Part shown: positions 13,801 through 25,211 of the stretch, in pieces | How the letters are laid out: each line of letters starts with the position of its first letter | Position numbering within the stretch: the first letter of the stretch is position 1 | Assembly: GCA_004431415.1 (NCBI GenBank) | Contig: QPMI01000516.1 | Coordinates: forward strand, 196,554 to 260,553 | From: Cyanophora paradoxa CCMP329 | Taxonomy: Eukaryota > Plantae > Glaucophyta | Direction of reading: 5' to 3' | DNA length: 64,000 bases | The notes under the pieces: generated by a model | The model's input: only the letters and a program-made list of their open reading frames with translations | What the model was told of the DNA's origin: nothing | Database searches by the model: none | Position numbers and translations under genes: made by a program

Positions 13801-16800
13801 GCACGCGCCCAGGTCCGCCTCGGGGATGGCGACGACCTCGCCCGAGCCCGAGCCGTCCTCGCAGCGCTCCGCCGCGAACCCGTCCGTGTCGGGGGCGCGC
13901 GGCTCGCAGGCGAGCACCCGCCGGTACGTCCGGCACGCGTGCACGACCCTGAAGCCCCCAACCTTTTTGCTGGGCGGGGTACCCGCCACCCATTCGTCCA
14001 GGCCGCAGCTGAAGTCCCTGCGAGCCGCGACCGGTGTCCGTCAGCGGTGCTTCGAGATCGATCGGGCTGCATTTCTTCGAATTCGAATCGGCGCACATGG
14101 GACCGAAAGCGTTGCCGGGGCGGCAGAACCGGTCTCCGTTCGGCATAGAGCACACGCCTGCGCAGAGTGAGCGGAGGCGGCGACTGCGCAGTGCAGCGTC
14201 GCCGGTGCCGCACCGCAGCCCTTCGTTTGCAGGCACAGGCTGGCGGGAAGCGCAAGCCAAGTCAGCCCGCGGGCGCCAAAGATATCTAGATAGGGCCGAG
14301 GAGGGGGCGCACTCGTACTCCGCGGCGCGGAGCGGGAGGGTCGGATCCTCGGCGTACGAGGTCGGGCACTGGGCGCCCAAGTGCAAGCCGAGCTGCGCCT
14401 GCGCCTCGCTCGCTGGCTTGAAGGCCGGGAGTGCCGCCAGGCGCCTCCGCGCTAGGCCCTGCTGCAGCGCGGCGGGGGGTACGCAGGCCACGTTCGGGTC
14501 CGCGGCCGTCCGGCTGCGTTCGTTCGCGGAGGCGGCTCAGATCGGATCGGATCGGATCGGATCGAATCCGAGGAGGCGCACTTCTTGGGGGCGCAGAAGC
14601 CCCAGCGGGGGAAGGCCTGGCCCCTCGCGGGGTCCCTGATCGCCTCCAGCAGCGGCGAGTCGTAGACGCAGGCCGTGCACGCCGGGTTCAGGGCGCAGGC
14701 TCGGGAGGCGTTGCTCGCGGCCGCCTCGCGCGCGGCCGCGTCGGCCCCCGCCGGCAGCGGCGCCGCGTCGATGTTCAGCAGGGCGCAGTCGAAGCCGCGC
14801 GCGACGTCGCCCTGGACAAGGAGGCGGGCCACCGACGTCACGGGCGCGGGCCCCGCCGCTGCCGCCCAACCGTCAATCGGAAAGGCGAATAACCGAATCT
14901 GTTCATCAAAGCTCCTACGTTGATGTATTAAGCTAGGGAGCTTAAGCGTCTAGATCGATAAATAATATATCCAATTTCAAGCTCGAGGCGCGGCGCACAG
15001 GAGCGGAACTCGAGTTCGAGGTGATTCTATTAGGCGCTCCTAAAGGTGATTCTATATAATAAGGCGCTCCCATATATAATAAGGCGCTCCCATATATAAT
15101 AAGGCGCACAGGAGCGGAACTCGAGGTCGAAGGCGTAGCGCCCGGCGAAGGTCGCCGGGTTCGGGCAGGGGACGGGCACGCGCAGCTGCGAGCAGCCCCT
15201 CGTGAAGTCGATCGACGCTGCGAAGAAGAGGAAGACGAGTCAGCGGGGGTCTTTACTACAATAAGGAAGTTAAAGATAGAAGCCCTAAAGAAAGACTGGA
15301 AGAACTAGATAGAATCTCAGCTTGGAGGCCTGGATTAATGGCGCGCGCGCACCGGCCGGCCCGTGGGCGGTGACGTTGAAGACGAGGCCGGTGGGGTTGT
15401 TGGCCGCCGGCACGAGCCGCCACGCCGTCGGGCCGTCCAGGCGCGTCCCGTTCAGCGGCGCCAGGTCCACGCGCACGCTGAAGTTGCCCCTCCGATCCAC
15501 GAAGGACCTTGAAGAGAAGAAGAAGCACGAGCTCAGCATACCATAGCATAGCTTTTTTTTATTTAAGATATAGCCTTTTAAAGCATAGCTTTTTAAACAT
15601 ATATATAATAAGAACGATAAGCGTGGGCTGGATCGATGCAACAGGAAACTTCCAATCAATTCATTAGCTAAGCTTAGTTTAGTTTAGGTTAGCTCAGCTT
15701 GGAGTCGATTGGCTTGAATCAAATCAAATCAGAGGGGCGCACTTGAGAGCGACGACGAACTCCGGGGCGCTCTTGCCTTGGGCGCGGCGGTAGTCGGCGG
15801 CCCAGGTCGAAGGGAGCCCGTTCTGCAGGCGGGCGTCAAGTTGCGGGGGCCAGCTTCGCTAGGCTAAGGCTTTCGCAATGAGAACATTACATAAGCATTA
15901 ATATTGGAGCGGAGGATCCGGAAGGAAGGATCCGGAAGGAAGGGAGCGAGGGAACTAGCTAGCTAGGGGACGCGAGGCGACCTCCCGTCCAAGAATTAGA
16001 AGCGGCGGCGCTCCGGCCCCCGTTCTCTCGCTTAAGCGTACGCCTCAGTGCGCGCACCTGCAGGCGGGCGTCGAGATCGCCGCGGAAGGCCTGAGTGGGC
16101 ACCACGAAGACCGCGACCGGCGCCGCGCCACGGCCGCCCGCGCCGCCCTCCGTCGCCGTCCTGTTCTCGGCCGACGCCTGCTCTGTTGTTGTGAGAACAG
16201 GGGGGGGGAGAGGGGGGGGGTACGCTGGGCGGACCGCGAGGAGGTCGATGGGGTCGCGGAGGAGGGGTACGGGGCCGTTCGGGATCGCGAAGGAAGGGCT
16301 GGCCGGGTCCAAGAGAGCCGCCCCCCGCTGCTGGAGCTGCTGGTTCGGGTCGTTCGGGTCCGCCGGCTTCGGGGTGGGCGTGGGCCGGCCCGTGTCGGGC
16401 GGGTTGACGTTCTCTCCGGGCAGGGCCGGCACGGGGGGCGGCGGGGCGACGCTGGCCGCCTCCGCTCCGATCTTGAAGATCCCGTGCGATGCCTCCGCGC
16501 GCTTCGAAAGCCGTCCGCGTCAGCTTGCTTTCGGGGGTACCGGCCGCTAGGGAAAGATGGCGTACCCGGGGCATGCTGGCGAGCACGCAGACGGCTCCCT
16601 GGAGGGCGCCGGCGCTGAGGACCTGTACCCCCACGAAGGTGTTCGCGTACGTCATGTTCGGGCTGCGAACGAAAGGATGAGGCCGGGGGGGGGGGGGGGG
16701 GCAAGGTCGCTCAGGCGAGCCGGCTCACTTGAGCGGGGTGTAGCCGACGTGGCGGAGGGCGCGGCCGCCGGAGACGCGGGGGCCGGCCCGCTGGAAGGTG

Positions 16801-19800
16801 CGGGCCATCTCCTCCAGATCCGCCCGCGTCGAGACGGCGACGGCCAGGTCGCCTGGGGCCGGCGCCGAACGTGTATTAATAGAGTTCGGCCGGCTACATC
16901 GCCGCAGCGCATTGGGCGGGCGCACCGCAGCGCTTGAGGGGCGCGGTGACGGAGCAGCCGAGGCGGTTCGAGGCGGCGTCGATCTTGGGCTCAGAGACGT
17001 CGAGGCCGGCGGCCAGCTTGAAGTGCAGCTTGTCCGCGGACTTGGCGACGACCTGGAGGGCGGCTCAATATAAACGAGAGAGGAAAGAAGAAAGCAAGGG
17101 AGGGCGGGAGGGCGGGCCTTGTCGGGGCAGACGGCGAGGAGGGGCCGGGCGCCGTCGAACCCGTCCTCGGAGACGCGGCCCCGCTCGTCGATGTACCCCG
17201 GCTGCAGCTTGGTGCGCGCGCTCGAGCCGGCCACCAGCGCGCACTTGTACCTGAAAGGAAGACTTTCTTGAGCTCATGATTCTTAGATTAGGACTCTTTC
17301 GGCTTATAATTCTCTTCAGCAATATACGAAAATCCGGCGGGCAGCGCACCGGAGGGTGCCGTTGCGGGCGGCGCAGGGGAAGGTGAACGTCGCGTAGCCG
17401 TCGTCGATCGCCTGCGTGTGCGTCCGAAGCTGCGCGCGCAAGCGAGAGGAAACGCGTCAGCCGCGGATCGGTCGGGGCGAGGGGGGAAGGGGGGGAAGGG
17501 GGGAGGGGGGGAAGAGGGGGGCGGGGCGGGCGGGGCGGGGCGCACGTCGATGGCCTGGACGGCGCCCGAGTCGAAGAAGTTGACGAGGAGGCTGGCGGGC
17601 GCCCCCGCCGGGGCGGCCTCAAAGGCGGCGAGGCGATCCTCGGCGACGAGGCCGAGGAAGAGGCCGCCCGTCCCGAAGTCGCGCGTCTCCTGCTCGTCGT
17701 TTTTAGACTCGGTGCTTGTCGGATTCGAAAGGGCGTTCTTCTTATTCGAAACATTATATATATCTCATCAGTAGCGTTAGATTCTATCATAGTATAAGCG
17801 TTCTTGTTGTTGTTGTTATTATGAGAAGTTAAGGTTCTTGTTAGAGAGCTTGGGCTCGCTCGCCTTCGTGATGCCGGTGAAGGAGCACTTGACCGTCGCC
17901 TCAGAGTCGTCCGTCTGCGAACGAAGTTAAAAGGGGCGGAGCGGGGGGGGGGGGTGAAGAGGGGAGGGGGGTACCTCGAAGAGGTTGGAGGCGGCGGTGA
18001 GGTCGGCCCCGCCGCCGACGACCGCCATCGTGACCGTGATGTTCTGCCCCGTACCCCCCGGTTAGCCCAGCGGCAGCTCGGCGTCTATAGATTAGATCTT
18101 AGCGGATCTGCGGCGCCTGGCGCAGCTGGCGCCCCGCACCCGCAGCTGGGGGTCGAGGGCGGTGCCGTTGTAGCAGCCGCGGGTCGGGTCCTGCACCTCC
18201 CCGCCGTCCGTCACCGCCGGGCCCGCGTTGTTCGCTGCGCGAAGGCACAGGCATAGTTTGAAGGCAGAGGAGGCGCGGACGAGAAGGCGAAGGCAAAGGT
18301 TGATAGGGGAAGCCGAAGGCACCGCTTGGAAGCTTATGGTTAAGAACGTCGCTCGCGGTTAAGCTTTTCTAGTTGGCATTCTAGTTGTTGAAGTCCTGCT
18401 CACCCTGGAAGGCGAGGCGGGTGTACGACTTGACGCTCGTGATCGAGGAGGAGTTGGCGAGGGGCGAGGCGGGGACGAAGAAGTCTGCCTCGGGCAGCCG
18501 CGCCCGCACCCGCTCCAGGTCCGCCGCCTCCAGCGAGATGCCCCTGCGCGGCCCGGCCCCCGCTTAGTTATATGATCCTAATATACATAGTGAATTAAGA
18601 GCTCTTAAGAGTTCTTAAGAGCGGGAGAGGAGCCGCACAGCTGGGCGCCGTAGTTCATGCCGGGGCGCTTGAGCTCGGCCCCGAAGCCCGACAGGTCGAT
18701 GCGGAAAGGGGTGACCAGGAAGCGCCCCTCGCGGGCGAGGGGCCGGTCCGGCAGGAACTCGCTGTGTACTCCGATCGGGCCGTCCCGCTTCACTACGTAG
18801 TCGCCCTCCACCTGCGCCGAAACTTAGAGGAGGAGGGGGGGCGAGAGCGGGAGGGGGGTGGGGGTAGGGGGGGTACCGTGATGAAGAGCTTGTAGAGGGG
18901 GCAGAGCTTGACGATGTACCCCTCGGCGAGGCGGTTCTGCTCCGTGAGCTCCAGTCCCACGACGACGCCGATCGAGTCCTGCCAGTAGTTCACCGGCTCT
19001 GAAAGGACGCGGCTCAGCGAAGAGGGTGTGTGGGGGGGGGGGGGGGGGGAGGGGGGGAGGGGGGAGGGAATGGGAGAGGTGGGGGGGGGGGGGGGGGGGG
19101 GGGGGGGGCGGGGGGGCATCTGATTCGCAGGACAGGCAGGGGCCGGGGAAGGAAGGAGGGTGGCCCGGGGGGTGCGCGCGGGGAATGGGGGAAGGGGCGC
19201 AGGGAGGTGGGGGTACAGCGATTGGGAAAACTGGACGCACGCGGTTTGCCGTTCTCTGCGCAGGACGGAGGACGTCAGGGAAGAGAGGAGGGGGGGAAGA
19301 TGGGGGGGGGGTACCGCACCGAACTCGAACTCGGTACCCGGGCGCCGGAAGGGCATCCGGTCCGAGTCGTGGAACGTGAACGAGATGCTGGCTTGGGTGC
19401 CCACGGGGGCCCCCTGCTCGAACACGGCCATCTTGTAGAAGGCTGCGCGCACGGCTTTATAATTAGTACGAAAGCAGCGCCGGCGCGCGGGCCGAAGCTT
19501 AAGCCAGTTGTATATTCGAGCGCCGAGGCATTAAGCGGCCTAATTATAAAAACAAAAAGGGCCGGGTGCGAATTATATATATAAATTGCACTAGAATCTC
19601 ATCGAGCGCCAATTGCAAGGCATTAAGCGGCTTAGGCAAGCAGGGCCGGGTGCGCGCGGCCGCGGGGCCGGAGCCGGTGACCGAGCGCACCGAAGGTGAA
19701 GGTGGGCAGGCACGATACGAGGGCGTTCGACAGCGTGCAGTTGCTGCGGAGAGCCGATCGGGGTGAGCGGGCGAGCGCGAGCGAGCGTCCAGTGCCTTTA

Positions 19801-20678
19801 TCTTTAGCGGTTACAGATAAAATTCCATTAGCATGAATATCAGAAGTAACTTCAATTTGTGGAACCCCTCTAGGTGCGCGCTGGCCGGGCGCCGGGCGGG
19901 GGCCGCGGCCGGGCGGGGCCGGGCGGGGCCGGGCCGGGCCGGGACGGGCCGGGGGGTATCGCACAATTGGGCCGTGTCGAAGACACACTTCGTGGCGTTC
20001 GTGCTGCGGGCCAGCTTGGAGGCGTTCAGGGCCTGCGAACGAAGCGAGCGAGCGAGCGAGGCGAGGCGAGTTAACACGGCGAGCCCGGCCCGCGGCGGAT
20101 CGGAGGGCGGCGCGGCCGGGGGCGAGCTAGCTCCAGCTAGGGGGGGGGGGGGGGGGCGCACCAGGACGGCCTCGCCGTTGGCGGCGTTCCCGCACCGCTC
20201 TGTGTTGGCGCAGATGAAGACGATCTGCGGGCGGGCGGCGCGGGTGGACGGATCAAATCCTGAGGCCGGCGCGGGATGGGACGGGACGGGGTGGGGCGGG
20301 GCGGCGGGCGGCGGGCGGACCGTCGTGGTCTCGGTGATGAAAGAAGCCGACGAGGCGGAGATCGTGAAGTGGACGTCGTCGCGAAGCCTGCGCGAAGGGA
20401 ACTCAGCAACGGCTCAGGATCATGATCAACGGCTCGGATCCGGAGGCATCGCGGGCGGCCGCGGCCGGGACCCGGACGTCGACGCACGTGTCGTGGACGA
20501 ATTCGGTCCACGGGCTCGCGAAGTCGGCCTTCGTCAGAGTGACGTTCCCGTCCCCAGCGGCGGCCGCGGCCGCGCCGAAGAACGCGGCGATGAGGAGGAG
20601 CGCGAGGCAGGCCGGGGCCGGGGCCCGGGCCCGGGCAGGCGCCCGCGGGCGCCCTTTCGCTCCGGTGGCCATCGTCAT
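7806..20678 (-). CDS. Very large multi-exon secreted/cell-surface glycoprotein with signal peptide, Cys-rich segments and a GPI-like C-terminus; could be two genes
   Basis: ATG at 20678 is followed by hydrophobic [17 protein letters not shown]. About 40 GC3-rich exons are bounded by GT/GC..AG on the minus strand, with many N-x-S/T sites and Cys-rich blocks at 13750-14830 and 10680-10900. C-terminus [30 protein letters not shown] ends at 7806. Confidence 0.65.
10330..10665. repeat. Degenerate AGCT-rich tandem repeat filling an intron
   Basis: Recurrent gagctt(t/g)agctttatttgctg(t/c/g)atctt-like units. Confidence 0.7.
15030..15107. repeat. Intronic 20-bp tandem repeat (aaggcgctcccatatataat)n
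   Basis: Two perfect copies plus partial copies, read directly. Confidence 0.85.
19789..19877 (-). pseudogene. dnaK: 89-bp organelle-type dnaK (Hsp70) fragment inserted in an intron (probable NUPT)
   Basis: Translates to [30 protein letters not shown], the DnaK substrate-binding motif with F>S and D>H changes. AT-rich codons (gtt, caa, att, tta, aaa) sit inside GC-rich flanks. Confidence 0.85.
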
Positions 20679-21506
20679 GCCTTGGAAGCCGGCCGCGGCG
20701 CGAGCGGCGGGGGCGGGCCGGGGACGATTTCCGGGCGCGGCCCTTCGAGGCTCGGCCTGCGGATCAGATGCGATAACACCGGTCAGATGAGGACTCGTGC
20801 AAGTGCGGGCGCGACTTAGTGGAGCCATTTGACACGTGTACGTCGGGCCCTAGTAGTAGAAGTCATGCCCGCTGGCGCCTTGAGGCGCCATGCGTCGAAG
20901 CGCGCGCGGACGGCGTCTTAAGGCACGACCAAGCGTCCGCGGCGCGAGCGCGGTTGAAGCTAGGCTCGGGCGCTCTCTCGCGGGGGAGGCCGCCCTAGAA
21001 CTCCGACTCGGGCACGAGCGCGCGGCTTCCACGCACCCGCAGCCGCAGGGACTGGGCGAAGCCGGCGTCGACTAGTACTGCGAGACGAGAGCGCGGCACT
21101 GGGCGCCAAGGTAGGGAGCTCTCAGACGACGCCCTGACCTCGCTCCTCGCTCCTGCTAGCTGGCAAAGCCTGCGGCACTGCAGGCTACAGCTGCCACCCG
21201 ATGTTTGCCGTACCCGGGCCGTGAATCGTCTCATCCCCGAGACTCGAGAGTTCGGATGCAACGGTCCGCCGTTACGCGCCATTAACCATTGAAAGCTGCA
21301 TGCACATGCATTTTCAAGCTCGCAACGCACAAACGCGCCGTGCGGGGTACGGCGGCTTCAATCGCTGCTGGGGTACTGCTGGCCATGGAGTCAACTAGTA
21401 CTCGTACTGGACCCGGGACGATTGTGTTAGGCTTGCATGGCTAGCTTGGCTGTGATCTTCGGTCGATAGCGCAGCTCGCCAGCACCGAGCTCCCGCGGCC
21501 CCGGAC

Positions 21507-24500
21507 ATGAGCCTGGGCGCGTACGACGACGCGCGGTCAGGCGCCGGCAAGCTCGAGGCGCCGGCGGCGCCGCGGGCCCGCGCGTCGCTGGATGGGCTCT
21601 GGCGCTTCCACTTCCTCGCCGAGAGCGAGCGCAAGTCGGCCCCTGCAGCTGTGAACCTCCGTGAGGTGCGCCCCGCCGCGCCCCGCCGTCCTTCGTATAC
21701 GTACACGTCGAACTAGTCTTCGCAACTGCGACTGTTCAATGGCTGAGCACAGCGCGCGCGCGCCCGCCCGGCCGCTCGCCCGCCCGCGCAGCTGCCGTTC
21801 GGAGGCGAGACGCGGGTCCCGGGGGCGTGGCAGCCCCGGCACGGGCTGCGCCCCAAGAAGGGCCAACGGAGCTCGACCTCGAGCTCGGAGCCGGGGCTGG
21901 AGCCGGTCCTCGGCGGGGCGGGCGTCTACCGGACTTCGGCGGCCGTGGAGGCGGCCTGGGCCGGCCGCCGCCTCCTCCTCACCCTGGGCGAGGCGCACGG
22001 CGGCGCCCGGGTCTGGGTGCGCCTCAGGCCTTAGCTTAGCTGAGCTCTCCTCTGTTCCGAGCCGCTGAACCGCTCCGCCGCGCGCTTGAACGAAGGCGTA
22101 CGGACCTGGCCGGAGCGAGCCGGTGCACCGGCCCCTCGCCAAATCCTTCCCCCTCTCCGTCGACGTCACGCCCGTTGCTGTACCCGGTTCGTCCCGCCTG
22201 CCATCGCCCCCTGCACGCGTCCCCGGCTTCGCCCCTTCAGCTCACGCTTTGGCTTTGTCGGGGCCAGGCCAGCCACTGGAAATCGTTGTCGCTGTGGAGA
22301 ACGCGAAGCAGGGTACAGACTTCTGGTGCGGCTTCTCCGGCCCCGTCGCCCTCGAGGCCGTACCCCCCCTCTGGATCGCCTCCCTCCAGGCCACGCCCTC
22401 CCCCTGTACGCCCCCCCCCCCCTCCCCCGACGTACCCCAACGCTGTACATAATGATGTACCCGCAGATGGCGAGCAGGCGGAGGTGCGGGTGGAGGGGCG
22501 CGTGGAGGGGTACGACCCACCTTCCGGCTCGCTCTCCGTCCTTCTCGAGGTACCCCCCCCTGCCCCTTGCCCGGCCCCCTCGCTCGCCCCTCCGACTCGC
22601 CCCCCCAACCCCCACCCCGTACCACCCGCCCGATTCTGACCCGCCCCTCCTCCCAACCAGCTTCGGGACCCGGGGGGAGAACCCACGGCCTCCGCCTCCG
22701 CTCCCGTCGCCCCGGACGGCCGTTTCGGCCCCGTACCCCTCCGCCCCGCCCCGCCTCCCGCCCTCTGGCGACCGGGCGCGGGCCCCGCCGGCTGCCCCCT
22801 GTACTCCCTCTCCGCCTCCCTACCCCCCGTCCCCGGCTCCGGCCCCCTCCCCCCGGATTCCGTCGCCGTACCCCTCGGCTTCCCCGCCCACGCTTTGCCC
22901 GACCGGGGCGGGCCCCTCGCCGTCGATGGCGTACCCCGCTTCCTTCGCGCTTACCACGACGACCTCCTCCTCCCCGGGTGCCTTCCGCCCCCTCCCGGGT
23001 ACGGCTTCTTCGGCGCCCGCCTCGCCGCCCTGGCCGCGCTGGGCTTCGACCTCGTCGCGCCCTCCTCGTACCCCTCCGGGCTCATTTCCCCCGCCCTGCT
23101 GGACGCCGCGGACCGTGCGGGCCTCCTCGTCTCCGCCGTGGCGCCCGACCCGCCCCCCGCGGCCCGCCACCCCTGCCTCCTCCGCGGGAAGCTCGTCTCA
23201 GGCGATCTGAGCACGTCCTCCGTCCCCTGCCTCCCCGGCTCCCGTCGCCCCGCGCTCCCGCTCGCCCCCGTATCGCTCCGCTTCCCCCTCGCCGACCCGT
23301 CTTCTCTGTCCCCCGGCGAGGCCAAAGCAGCCGCCCTCTGCGCGGCCCGCGACCTCCACCAGGCGAAGGAGGCGATCGAGGCGGCGAGAGCGGCATCGGC
23401 TAAGGGCTGCGCCCCCGGCGCCGGCGCCCCCCGGGGGGTACTCTTCCGCGAGGCCGGCCGCGCCTGCGCCCGCGGGGCCGGCGGGGCCCTCCCGGATCGC
23501 CTTGAGGAGGCCTCCGCCGCCCTGGGACCCGCCCTCGCGCGCATCGCCGTCCTGCGCGACGCCAGCTGCTTCCCCGCCTCTCTCCGGCGAGGGGCGCCCG
23601 ACGCCGGCGCCGGCGCCGCCGTGCCTCTCCTCCTGCACGCGGCGGAGCCCGTACCCCCGGAGGAGCTGGCGGGGGCCCGCCTCCTCTACGAGCTGAGGCT
23701 GGAGGGCGCGGACTCGGCTGCGGCCCTGTCCGAGGGCTCCTTCCCGGCCCCGGCCGCCCTCGACGGCGCCGTGGCCGTTGTCGTGGGCGACGTACCCCTC
23801 GCCGCCGCCCTCGCCGCGGGGCCGGCGGACCGGCCCGCCGTCCTCTCCCTTTCCGCCCGCCTCGTGGGCCACGGGGGAACGGTCCTCGCGGCGAACGAGT
23901 GGCGCGCCGCGGTGTACCCCTCCGCCCGTGACGTGATCGCGTCCCTCCCTCCTACGCCCCTGCGCCTGGCGGTGACGGGCGGGGGGCCCGAGGGCGAGAC
24001 CGCCGCCTCGCTCCTCGGCGCCGCCCTAGGAGATCTAGGAGCGCCGCCCGCTGCAGCCTCAGGCTCGAGCTCGCCCCCGGCCCGCCTGCACGTGACGCCC
24101 GCGTTCGACGCGGAGGCGGCGGCCGCCGCGCGCGCCGGCGCCTGCGTCCTGCTGCTCGGCTCGCAGGGCGCCTACGACGCCCTGGGGCACCACGGCGCCG
24201 TCCGCGCCGGCGGGTCCCGCCTGAACCTCGTCCACGCGGCCTGCGAGGCCGACCCCGCCCACCCGCTCGCCCTGGGCCTCCCCTCCGGCCCGGGGCTCAA
24301 CCCCCTCGCGGCCCTCGCGCGGCCCCGGGACGACTGGGGGTACTTCGTTTTTGTCTCCTCCCTGGACCTGGCGGCCCTCCCGGCCCACCCGCGGCCGGGT
24401 ACGCGTACGGCGGCGGGCGAGCCGCCCGCTTACTACCCCGCGGCGGCGGTGGGGATCGTCCAGCGGACGGCGTCGCCACCGGAGGAACACAGGGGAACGC

Positions 24501-24852
24501 TCCTCTGCGAGCTGGGCCTGGTGGACTGCGATCTCGCGGATTTCGAGGAGGCCGAGGGCGTCGGCGGGCCCCTGCTCGGCACTCTCTTCGTGCGCCTCTG
24601 ATTTCACGTGTCCGCCTTGCGCGCTCGAGCCGCCCTGACCGGAGCGCCCCCCCCCCCCCGCTTGAACAGGTCTGCACGCTGGAGCTGGGGCTGGGGCTAG
24701 GGGCGGCGTCGCGCCCGCCTCCCGAGGCGGAGTACCTTCTGGCGTGCGCGGCGCGGCGCGCGGCGGCGGCGCAGGGGCCGGGGGCGCCCGGGGCGAGCGC
24801 CGCTGCCCTCGCCATTCCCATCGCCGCTCTTGCCGTCCAGGGTGGAACTTGA
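21507..24852 (+). CDS. Glycoside hydrolase family 2-like protein, degenerate; few introns, frameshifts in C-runs
   Basis: Segments SLDGLWRF, V[P]GAWQ, PRLWRPG..LYSL, VDGVPRFLRAYHDDLLLP...RLAALAALGFDLV...LLDAADRAGLLV, ARHPCL and LHQAKEAIEAAR. C-terminal VCTLEL...PEAEYLL, with TGA at 24850-24852. Confidence 0.7.
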
Positions 24853-25211
24853 AAGTAGTCTGAGACTCGAGGGCCTGCTGGAGGCTGGACCGGAGGGCCG
24901 TATAGGCTGGACTCTGGTCCAGTCTCTGGAGGCTAGACTCCCGCCGCTTGAGGCTGTAGCCTGCTAAGCCTGTAGGCTGTAGCGCTCAGCGGCTGTTCGT
25001 AGCCAGAATTGGGCCGTCCGGCGGTCTGATCCGGATCCGCCGCGCATGCGCAGCCGATCGATTGCCAAGTTGCGCATGCTCCACGTGCACGTGGCACGCG
25101 CACCGTTGCACGATTGTTTCATGTGAACGAAACATCGAGCGACTTATATACAATCAATGATTGGGTACAGTGGGTAGTCCCGTTTTCATATGTATAGCAG
25201 GCTATTAGCAG

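Noticed and set aside
19632-19988. ORF suggesting a functional Hsp70 gene
   Set aside because: Only 30 codons are DnaK-like. The rest is intron or host exon sequence.
21067-21402. 13-bp near-repeat gtc(g/a)actagtact, and GTACCC/GGGTAC pairs as possible small elements
   Set aside because: Short, low-information matches. GTACCC is very common in this window, and there is no second copy of the interior.
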